From: an uncultured Gammaproteobacteria bacterium
Lineage (GTDB): Bacteria > Patescibacteriota > Microgenomatia > UBA10105 > UBA927
Assembly: GCA_964448085.1 (NCBI GenBank)
Contig: CAYUUX010000003.1
Coordinates: 5,865 to 69,864 of the forward strand
Direction of reading: 5' to 3'
Length of the DNA: 64,000 nucleotides
Position numbers and translations under genes: made by a program. The notes under the pieces were generated by a model that was not told the DNA's origin, ran no database searches, and saw only the letters and a list, made by a program, of their open reading frames with translations. Shown here piece after piece: positions 57,328-64,000 of this stretch (the stretch's first letter is position 1; each line of letters opens with the position of its first letter).

Positions 57328-58349
57328 GACACGTACGACGTTTGTTTTCACCACTAGCAGTCGGTATAGCGATAGCATGTATAGGTATTTTATGCGTGAG
57401 TATTCTTTATGTCGTTCGATTAAGCAAAGAATTTACCAAGGAAACGGGATTGAATAGGTCAATACTTATTAAACTATTAATAGATGGGGGATCCAACTTA
57501 AAATCAACTGACAATAAGACCAATATTGCGCTTCTTGGTATGGCGGGTGGTAGTCACGATGGACCAGACCTCACAGATACGATTGTAGTCGTATCATTTG
57601 ATATCAAGAAACAGACGCTTGCAATGATTTCTGTGCCTCGAGATATTTGGTCAGATTCACTCAAAGATAAGATAAACAGCGCATATCATTATGGTGAGGC
57701 AAAAAAAGAAGGTGGTGGTATCATTCTTTCCAGGGCAGTATTGGAGGATGTGGTTGGTTTCCCAATTCATTATGTGATGACGCTAGATTTTTCTCAATTT
57801 GAATCGGTTATCGATGCGTTAGGCGGCATAGATGTTAATGTAACAAAAGGATTTGTGGATAAAGAATTTCCAATTGCGGGTAAAGAAAACGATGAATGTG
57901 GAGGAGATCCGTTGTATGCATGCAGATATGAAACTGTAGCATTCACCCAGGGGAGCCAGCACATGGACGGTTCAACTGCATTAAAATATGTCAGAAGCAG
58001 AAATGCTGAAGGAGATGAGGGGACGGATTTTGCTCGAGGGAAAAGGCAGCAGGATATTATCATTGCGCTTAAAGACGCAATCATTGATGCGAAGATCTGG
58101 TTTCATCCTGCTCTGGCAAAAAAGCTGCTGGATATTATGGATAAAGCAACGGATACTGACATGACGCTTGGTGAACAGTTGACGATAGGGAAGTACGCAA
58201 TAAAAGTTAACTCTACCTCAATTCAAAAAATTTCCATAGAACCATTGCTTATAGTGCCACCCTCATGGGTGTATGGAAGATATGTGTTGGTTCCAGAAAA
58301 AGATTTTGCTTCTATTCACGCATTTATACAACAGGAAATGAACAAGTAA
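57324..58349 (+). CDS. LytR-CpsA-Psr (LCP) family cell-wall polymer phosphotransferase
   Basis: N-terminal TM, then LGMAGGSHDGPDLTDTIVVVS...ISVPRDIW. Translationally coupled to tpiA. Confidence 0.8.
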   Translation: MRHVRRLFSPLAVGIAIACIGILCVSILYVVRLSKEFTKETGLNRSILIKLLIDGGSNLKSTDNKTNIALLGMAGGSHDGPDLTDTIVVVSFDIKKQTLAMISVPRDIWSDSLKDKINSAYHYGEAKKEGGGIILSRAVLEDVVGFPIHYVMTLDFSQFESVIDALGGIDVNVTKGFVDKEFPIAGKENDECGGDPLYACRYETVAFTQGSQHMDGSTALKYVRSRNAEGDEGTDFARGKRQQDIIIALKDAIIDAKIWFHPALAKKLLDIMDKATDTDMTLGEQLTIGKYAIKVNSTSIQKISIEPLLIVPPSWVYGRYVLVPEKDFASIHAFIQQEMNK

Positions 58350-58405
58350 AGGGAAGAAAAAGATTCAATAATGTGATATAAAAATCAGGTGTTAGCACTT
58401 AATGT

Positions 58406-60310
58406 TTAAAGGACTAACCCGAGCATAAGCAAAACAACGCTTCCAACGACTGTTAATATTCCCAAAAATCCAGGGCCGATACCTGAGACTGGAACCTTTG
58501 GCGTTGGAATCCCAGTTGGAGTGGCTTCAGCAATCAATTGACTACTCGTTGGTGTCGGTGAGGATGCAGCAAAGGAACGTCGTGTTGGCGTGGGCGTTGA
58601 CGTTGCTCCAGGACAGGAACAATCAACTTCTGACGGACAGGCAGCTTTCCTACATCGTTTAACCCCAGTTGTTGTCACACACGATAAACCCGATTCACAG
58701 TTGTCGTCGCTGTCACAGGACGCGTCACAAGTTCCCGGTGCTGGTGTTGCTGTCGGACCACTCGTTGGGGTGTTGGTTGGTGTATTAGTCAACGTTCCAG
58801 TTGGTGTATTGGTTGGTGTATTAGTCAACGTTCCAGTTGGTGTATTGGTTGGCGTATCGCTAATTGTTCCCGTTGGTGTTTTTGTGGGGGTTTTTGTTGG
58901 TGTTTTTGTGGGGGTTTTTGTTGGTTGTTTTGGCGTTGCTGTTGGGCCACCCTGACAAGAACCACCACATTGAATAAGGGCATCACATCCTGTGACCGGC
59001 ATACAATAATTTCCAGATGTTCCAGTTATGGTATCGATTTGTCCGCACTCAGTAGGACTGAGTTTTCCGCTGTTGCATGGGCCAAATTCCCACCACACAC
59101 CAGGATCACCTTCTCCACAACCCTTCCCTACAGTTCCGCATCCGAGCGGACAATGGAAGAAGACACAATACCCATTAAATGTAGCTAAAGAACCAGTGCT
59201 TGAACCGATATGACAATCTTGTGGAAGGCCTGGCCCATTTGGATACCAATTTCGTATTCCAGGACATCCGGATATGCCGCTTGGTGTGGCTGTCGGAGGA
59301 GGTTTTGTCGGAGTGACACATGCTGCATAATTCAAAACACACTTTTGTCCCGAAGGACATGTATAAACAAACGTTGAAGGAGGATTACATACATAAGATG
59401 ATGCTACGCATTTTTTACCATTATCTGCACAACTGTTGCTTGCTGGCGTTGGCACTATGCATGTTGCATCGCTCGGCACGCACTTTCTCCCCGGGGCGCA
59501 ATGCCAATTATATGTCGTACTTGGAGTACAAGTTGCTTTTTCGTCCACACATTTATCGTCATGGTCAGCACAATCATCTAGTTTTTTAGTTGGTGTTGCG
59601 GTGGATTTTTGGGTTGGTGTTCTGGTTGCAGTAGGTGCTGTGATTTCATCCCATCTACAACAGTTTCTTCCTTCGTATGGTGCTATACAAGAAGCTTTAG
59701 TTGCGATAGTGGAACAAACAATGTCAGCACAAATCCCAGATCCTTGTGCTTGCTTACAAGATCCTGCAGCTCTGCTTCTGATTTCTGCAATTTGTGGAGA
59801 TCGAGCTATGTAGTAGAGTGCAAGAGGAAGTGTCAAAATTAAAAAGAGCACAATGGCAAGAAGTGGTCCAGCACCCTTAGTTTTTTTCTCTTTGGGTTTA
59901 TTATCGGGTGGAACTGTAGGTTTTTGAGCATCTTCCTTTGTTTCTTCTGGTTTTACGATTACAGAAGGATTGGATGGTTCTAACTCTGGAAGCGGTTCAA
60001 GAGCCGGAGGTTTCGGGAATGGAGGGGGCACATCTGTTGAGTTTGATAAAGTTGGTTGTTCCAAAACAGGCGGTGTAATTGGTTCAAGCGGCTTATCCTT
60101 ATTAGGAAGAGGTTTTTCATTTTTTTTTGATTCCTTTCCTTCTTCAACTGGCGTTGTTTGCATGAGAGGAGCTGGGGGAACGGGAATAACATCTGTTTTT
60201 TCCGCCTCAACTATTGGTTCTGATGGGGGTGTCGAACCCAATGCTTTTGCAGCATCATCAATCAATTTTTGTGGTGATATGGGTTCGTCTGCCATTGAAA
60301 CAAAAAACAA
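58406..60310 (-). CDS. Double-anchored Cys-rich Thr/Pro-repeat surface protein (paralog 1)
   Basis: Pro-rich N-tail, TM helix (LLAIVLFLILTLPLALYYIA), Cys-rich ectodomain, PTKT/TNTPTNTPTGTL repeats, and the conserved module CDASCDSDDNCESGLSC...RCRKAACPSEVDCSCP. C-terminus is VPVSG plus GPGFLGILTVVGSVVLLMLGLVL. Confidence 0.5.
   Translation of the reverse strand: MFFVSMADEPISPQKLIDDAAKALGSTPPSEPIVEAEKTDVIPVPPAPLMQTTPVEEGKESKKNEKPLPNKDKPLEPITPPVLEQPTLSNSTDVPPPFPKPPALEPLPELEPSNPSVIVKPEETKEDAQKPTVPPDNKPKEKKTKGAGPLLAIVLFLILTLPLALYYIARSPQIAEIRSRAAGSCKQAQGSGICADIVCSTIATKASCIAPYEGRNCCRWDEITAPTATRTPTQKSTATPTKKLDDCADHDDKCVDEKATCTPSTTYNWHCAPGRKCVPSDATCIVPTPASNSCADNGKKCVASSYVCNPPSTFVYTCPSGQKCVLNYAACVTPTKPPPTATPSGISGCPGIRNWYPNGPGLPQDCHIGSSTGSLATFNGYCVFFHCPLGCGTVGKGCGEGDPGVWWEFGPCNSGKLSPTECGQIDTITGTSGNYCMPVTGCDALIQCGGSCQGGPTATPKQPTKTPTKTPTKTPTKTPTGTISDTPTNTPTGTLTNTPTNTPTGTLTNTPTNTPTSGPTATPAPGTCDASCDSDDNCESGLSCVTTTGVKRCRKAACPSEVDCSCPGATSTPTPTRRSFAASSPTPTSSQLIAEATPTGIPTPKVPVSGIGPGFLGILTVVGSVVLLMLGLVL
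58775..58846. repeat. Perfect 36-bp x2 tandem repeat (with a partial third copy) inside a coding region
   Basis: ggttggtgtattagtcaacgttccagttggtgtatt duplicated head-to-tail. It encodes TNTPTNTPTGTL on the minus strand. Adjacent 12-bp PTKT-coding repeats run to ~58930. Confidence 0.8.
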
Positions 60311-60367
60311 TACAATACGTCCTATATCCAGCGTATCGCAATGGATGCAATATAGTCAAGGAAGAAC

Positions 60368-61378
60368 TTAAAGAAGAAGACCTAAGAGAAGGAGAACGAC
60401 ACTTCCTGCAACAGTTAATACGCCGGTTATGTTTAACCCTCCAGAGACAGGCATATCCTGTCCTGATGTATCCTCTGTATCTGATTGATCATCTGCAACG
60501 ACAGGACACGAACAGTCTGACTCAGCTGGACACTCAGCATTTCGACATCGGTTTACACCATTGACTGAAGAACAACTCAAACCGGATGTACAATCATCAT
60601 CGGTTTCGCAAGACGCATCACATTGAGCTGGGTCATTATTCGCTGCTCCTTGCGTTGGAGTTGCTGTAGGTTCACCCGTTGGTTCATCTGTTGGTGTTGC
60701 TGTGGGTTCACCCGTTGGTTCATCTGTTGGTGTTGCTGTGGGTTCACCCGTTGGGGTTTTTGTGGGTGTTTTTGTTGGGGTCTTTGTAGGATCTGTTTTT
60801 TTAGAATCTTCGCAAGCTTTTGCTCCGCAGCTAGCTTTAAAGCAGTAGTGTCCACAGCTATACGAATATATTCCGCAATCTTTTGGTGCTGTTACACATG
60901 CGTCACAATTTAACGTTGATACGGGCGTTTTATAATCACACCCATATATAGTATCGTCCTTTCCTCCAACAGGCTCTGGTTTTTCTGTTGGTGTTGCCGT
61001 TGGCACATTGGCATCAACCCAATTGCAACAAGATGCACCAGTTATAGTTCCTTTTTTTGACAAGCAAATTGTTTTGTCTGTAATACTCGGTCCGCATTGA
61101 CCAGTGCATCCATTTACGGTTTGATAATCGCCTGTGCCATTAAAATGGCAAGGATACTCTCCAGCAGCTTTACTTCGCTGCTCTGTTAATTGGCGTTGTT
61201 GAGAGATATAGAAAACAGCAACCGGAAGGGTAATGATTAAAAATACAACAATAAATAGAATTACCCATTTCCCGGCGCCTGATTTTTTCTTTATCGGTTG
61301 ACTAGAAGAGCTGCTTCCTTGTGTGGGAGCTGCGGCATCTGTTGGGGGAATGATGAATGTATCTGGGGTTGCAGCCAT
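60368..61378 (-). CDS. Double-anchored Cys-rich Thr/Pro-repeat surface protein (paralog 2)
   Basis: Same architecture as 58406..60310. Module CDASCETDDDCTSGLSC...RCRNAECPAESDCSCP. Repeat GEPTATPTDEPT x3. C-terminus is MPVSG plus GLNITGVLTVAGSVVLLLLGLLL. Confidence 0.5.
   Translation of the reverse strand: MAATPDTFIIPPTDAAAPTQGSSSSSQPIKKKSGAGKWVILFIVVFLIITLPVAVFYISQQRQLTEQRSKAAGEYPCHFNGTGDYQTVNGCTGQCGPSITDKTICLSKKGTITGASCCNWVDANVPTATPTEKPEPVGGKDDTIYGCDYKTPVSTLNCDACVTAPKDCGIYSYSCGHYCFKASCGAKACEDSKKTDPTKTPTKTPTKTPTGEPTATPTDEPTGEPTATPTDEPTGEPTATPTQGAANNDPAQCDASCETDDDCTSGLSCSSVNGVNRCRNAECPAESDCSCPVVADDQSDTEDTSGQDMPVSGGLNITGVLTVAGSVVLLLLGLLL
60669..60753. repeat. Perfect 36-bp tandem repeat, ~2.4 copies, in a coding region
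   Basis: ggttcacccgttggttcatctgttggtgttgctgtg repeated, followed by 12-bp PTKT-coding repeats to ~60790. Confidence 0.8.
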
Positions 61379-61424
61379 AATAGTGTTGTGTCTATTTAGT
61401 GTATCATGAAATGCGATTGGAATA

Positions 61425-62753
61425 TTATTTTATAAAAAATACCACACCTCCTCCCAAAAAGAGCGTGGTTCCCAAAATGAGAAGAATAAGCGTTGGAAGA
61501 AGTGATCCACTTGTCGGCATGGGTTCTGATGTATCCGTTGCTTCTTCTGTTGGTGTTGCGGAATCCGTTGCTTCTTCTGTTGGTGTTGGAGTTTCCGTTA
61601 ATTCTCCCGAAGGTGTTGCATCTCCCAATACTTGCGTGCCACTTTTAAGAACGGTAAATGTATGGGTGATTGCAACCGGTTTTTTCTTTGCATCAACAGT
61701 CGTCATGGTCACGGTTTGTTTGCCTGCCTGAAGGATTTTTGATGGGGTATACCGCCATAAACCGTCAGATCCGACTGTTGTCGTGCCAACGATAGGTGTG
61801 GCTGATCCTAATGTCACAGTTACTTTTTTTCCGGGAATGCCAATACCGCTGATGAGTGGTCGGTTACTCGTAAGTGTTGCACCTTCAGCTGGTTGGGTAA
61901 GCGTGATACTGCCAGATGTGGTTTTGGTAGTGGTTTGTGTTCCCAAAACGGAAGTATTTGATGTTTTACTGTTTTTTGGAACGACGGCAATATTGGATTT
62001 TGTCAGTTTTTTAGCATCCCTTCCGCGAAAATCATAAGTATTTCCGAGCGTTATATCAGGAACAGGAGCGTCATTGAGTGTGTCTGTTTGCACTTGCGAT
62101 TCCTGTATACCAAGTTTTACCGTAATGGATTCTGTCATGCGTTCGGAAACGGGGAGATAGGAACTTCCATCGTCAACGCGCGTTGCTCCTAAGGGGATTA
62201 TCCATGAACCGGAATTCCTCACGACTGCAGAAAGCAGTTGGCCGTCTGCCAGCCGAAGAAAAACAATCGCTCCTTCTGCGGGAGTTCCTCCTTCGGTAAA
62301 TACAGATCCGTATGCAGGATCAATACCGGGTGCCACTTCATCAATAGATGGGAATGTGACGACTTCATATGCTTTCGAATCGATGGGATACTTTTTTCCA
62401 TTGGATAAGATCGTGACTGTGTATTTTGTTGAAGGAATAAGTGTTTTTACGGTAACGCTGTGCGTGCGATACTTACCAAGTTTGCCTGTTGCATCCCGTT
62501 CGTCAAATGCAGAATATTTTTTTCCGTCTGCAGATTGTATCAGAAGTCCTCCTGAGGTTGGTTCTTCGGTTTCCCATACGAAAGAGAAAGATGATTCTGT
62601 GATATTCGTGACGGTTACCTGCTTGGGCTCAAGGGTAACAGATGCGCGTGTTTGTCCTCGAGCCATATATTCAAAAAGAAACGAAACCCCTGCAATTATG
62701 GCAATGACAAGCACTATGGCTAAAAGCGTTGGTATTTTTCGTGGTCCAAGCAT
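61425..62753 (-). CDS. Secreted surface protein with an N-terminal signal anchor and the same C-terminal sorting-signal-like tail
   Basis: N-terminal TM/signal sequence and a beta-rich ectodomain. The acidic T/P repeat TPTEEATDxx occurs x2 (30-bp DNA repeat at 61541..61600). C-terminus is MPTSG plus SLLPTLILLILGTTLFLGGGVVFFIK. Confidence 0.45.
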   Translation of the reverse strand: MLGPRKIPTLLAIVLVIAIIAGVSFLFEYMARGQTRASVTLEPKQVTVTNITESSFSFVWETEEPTSGGLLIQSADGKKYSAFDERDATGKLGKYRTHSVTVKTLIPSTKYTVTILSNGKKYPIDSKAYEVVTFPSIDEVAPGIDPAYGSVFTEGGTPAEGAIVFLRLADGQLLSAVVRNSGSWIIPLGATRVDDGSSYLPVSERMTESITVKLGIQESQVQTDTLNDAPVPDITLGNTYDFRGRDAKKLTKSNIAVVPKNSKTSNTSVLGTQTTTKTTSGSITLTQPAEGATLTSNRPLISGIGIPGKKVTVTLGSATPIVGTTTVGSDGLWRYTPSKILQAGKQTVTMTTVDAKKKPVAITHTFTVLKSGTQVLGDATPSGELTETPTPTEEATDSATPTEEATDTSEPMPTSGSLLPTLILLILGTTLFLGGGVVFFIK

Positions 62754-62761
62754 ACAAAACC

Positions 62762-62956
62762 TTAGAGCTTCACTTTCTTCTCTAATATATCCAGTGTACC
62801 AGTATCAAGCGAAGGTGTTAAGGGTGTGATGATCTGATTGACTTTTGTTTCCACGGTGGATGTCTTTGTGGTTTTTACCAATTCAAAAAAGATCCACGAC
62901 AATACAGTGACAAAGGTGAATAAAGTGATGAGAAATAAATCGCGATCTGTTTTCAT
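62762..62956 (-). CDS. Small single-TM protein in the pilus operon
   Basis: 64 aa with an N-terminal TM helix. Its stop overlaps the downstream start. Confidence 0.3.
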   Translation of the reverse strand: MKTDRDLFLITLFTFVTVLSWIFFELVKTTKTSTVETKVNQIITPLTPSLDTGTLDILEKKVKL

Positions 62957-63603
62957 AAGGTTTGATAATAAGTTAATACTTTCATGTTTAGCTGTATGAG
63001 CGGGGACGCAACAACCGTTTGTCCACTTTTGTTTGTTGAGAATGTCAGAGAATCGATTACAAAAACCCGACGCATGGAAATAAGATTGGTAAAGAAGGAT
63101 GAGAGCGTCTGGTATGTCCCCTCAATGGAAGCAGTTATGGAAAATTCTACGTTTTTAACAGCGAACGCCTTGCTTGATGCGCTTGCCGACGATTCAACAA
63201 TGACAGGGACAGCGCTTACCTGTATGGCGGAAATAGATGCTCCCGCTTGTGATGCAAGATCACGGATAACCCGAACAACATCGATTGCCTCAGGATTTTG
63301 CGGTATCGCGTCTGCAGCAAGCGGCAACTTAGTTTGCACATTTTCAAGAAGCGCTTGTGCCTGAATGAGGGCATTAATTTTGGTATCCATCTTTTCATTA
63401 ATTTCCTTCTTATCAATAATTTCCCGACGAAGATAGAGAATGGTTTGAATCGTTGGACGTATTGCGTACCAACCAAAAAGGGCTACGACAAGAAAAAAGA
63501 AAATAACAGTCGAATATGTCCGTGTCTTTGGTTTTGCCAGCATCGGTTCAAGCTGTTGATAGTACTTCTTATATTGGTTTGGTAGATTGAATTGAGAAGC
63601 CAT
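62953..63603 (-). CDS. pilO: Type IV pilus assembly protein PilO-like
   Basis: Short cytoplasmic N-terminus, one TM (VIFFFLVVALFGWYAI), a coiled-coil segment, and a C-terminal GTYQTLSSFFTNLISMRRVFVIDSLTF motif typical of PilO. Confidence 0.5.
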   Translation of the reverse strand: MASQFNLPNQYKKYYQQLEPMLAKPKTRTYSTVIFFFLVVALFGWYAIRPTIQTILYLRREIIDKKEINEKMDTKINALIQAQALLENVQTKLPLAADAIPQNPEAIDVVRVIRDLASQAGASISAIQVSAVPVIVESSASASSKAFAVKNVEFSITASIEGTYQTLSSFFTNLISMRRVFVIDSLTFSTNKSGQTVVASPLIQLNMKVLTYYQTL

Positions 63604-63604
63604 A

Positions 63605-64000
63605 TTATTTTTTTGTTTGCACGCCCGCTATTTGAGCGTTCATGGTATATTGAATACCTATTTTTGATGCTTTATCTACTGTACCGATTTCAATATTGCT
63701 CAATGACTTATTTGCGCTCGCGTTTAAAAGAAATTGAGAAAAGCTTTGGATGGTGAGTGATATGACTGATGCGGTAATTTTATTATTCGTTACTGTAAGC
63801 GATTGAAGGTATGTGCCGGAGGGCAACAGTGTGTGTACGCTTGTTAATGTTTGGGTGGGTACAGTCTGTTTATCAAGCAATGCCTTAATTTTCGCGAGCG
63901 CATCCTGTGTTTGGCGAAACGAAGTTTCCAGATCCTTATTCGCTTCGATGATTTCTTGTTTTTGGAGGATTTCATCGCGTAAATCCGTGAGTTGTCTATC
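63605..64000 (-). CDS. pilN: Type IV pilus assembly PilN-like protein, 5'-truncated by the window edge
   Basis: The reading frame stays open to position 64000 (…DRQLTDLRDEILQKQEII…coiled coil). The C-terminal LLPSGTYLQSLTV…ITASV is PilN-like. It lies immediately upstream of pilO. Confidence 0.45.
   Translation of the reverse strand, partial: DRQLTDLRDEILQKQEIIEANKDLETSFRQTQDALAKIKALLDKQTVPTQTLTSVHTLLPSGTYLQSLTVTNNKITASVISLTIQSFSQFLLNASANKSLSNIEIGTVDKASKIGIQYTMNAQIAGVQTKK

Noticed and set aside
58590-58955. Plus-strand ORFs rich in VGVLVG repeats (also 60623..60913 and 61399..61731)
   Set aside because: They are mirror-image translations of the Thr/Pro repeat-coding regions of the minus-strand surface-protein genes.
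58775-60790. Possible CRISPR array suggested by the exact direct repeats
   Set aside because: The repeats are contiguous with no spacers between them, in frame inside long ORFs, and encode T/P-rich peptide repeats. No cas genes are nearby.

Overview
Most of this window is a gene-dense, both-strand stretch of single-copy housekeeping genes. The gene content and style (short proteins, tandem class-A PBPs, FemAB-family genes, many membrane-anchored Pro-rich or Thr/Pro-repeat surface proteins) look like a reduced Patescibacteria/CPR-type monoderm genome. That taxonomic reading is inference.

Recognisable core genes:
- Cell envelope: two tandem PBP1A genes, undecaprenyl-diphosphatase UppP, an LCP-family gene, two FemAB-family genes, and a VanW-like gene.
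- Glycolysis: pgk-gap and tpiA.
- Chaperones: groES-groL.
- Translation and tRNA: metG, tsaD.
- Isoprenoid: idi.
- DNA: two UvrD-family helicases (one fused to a Cas4-like nuclease), rmuC, a TatD nuclease.
- An RRM-type RNA-binding protein.

Accessory or unusual content:
1. A compact adenosylcobalamin module: nrdR, class II RNR nrdJ, a PduO-type adenosyltransferase, then a 5' leader with mutually exclusive terminator/antiterminator hairpins (candidate cobalamin riboswitch) ahead of a DUF4430-like secreted protein and a small polytopic membrane protein.
2. A minus-strand surface/pilus locus at the 3' end: PilN-like (partial) and PilO-like genes, a tiny membrane protein, and three consecutive surface proteins sharing a non-canonical [V/M]P[V/T]SG-plus-hydrophobic C-terminus. 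Two of these are paralogous Cys-rich, double-anchored proteins carrying perfect 36-bp tandem repeats.
3. A polyprenyl-phosphate glycan cluster: UbiA-family prenyl/phosphoribosyl transferase, WecA/MraY-like transferase, GT-C membrane glycosyltransferase, processive GT2 with QxxRW, and a Dpm-like GT2.
4. A membrane-anchored HerA/FtsK/T4SS-coupling-protein-like ATPase flanked by a small unknown protein and an ATP-grasp enzyme.
5. A standalone triple topoisomerase-type zinc-ribbon protein placed divergently from a DEDDy-type exonuclease, next to a patatin-like phospholipase.

No rRNA, tRNA, CRISPR array, transposase or integrase is recognisable. Several long ORFs in the supplied track are antisense artefacts. 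All start coordinates below are approximate to within one or two alternative in-frame starts.
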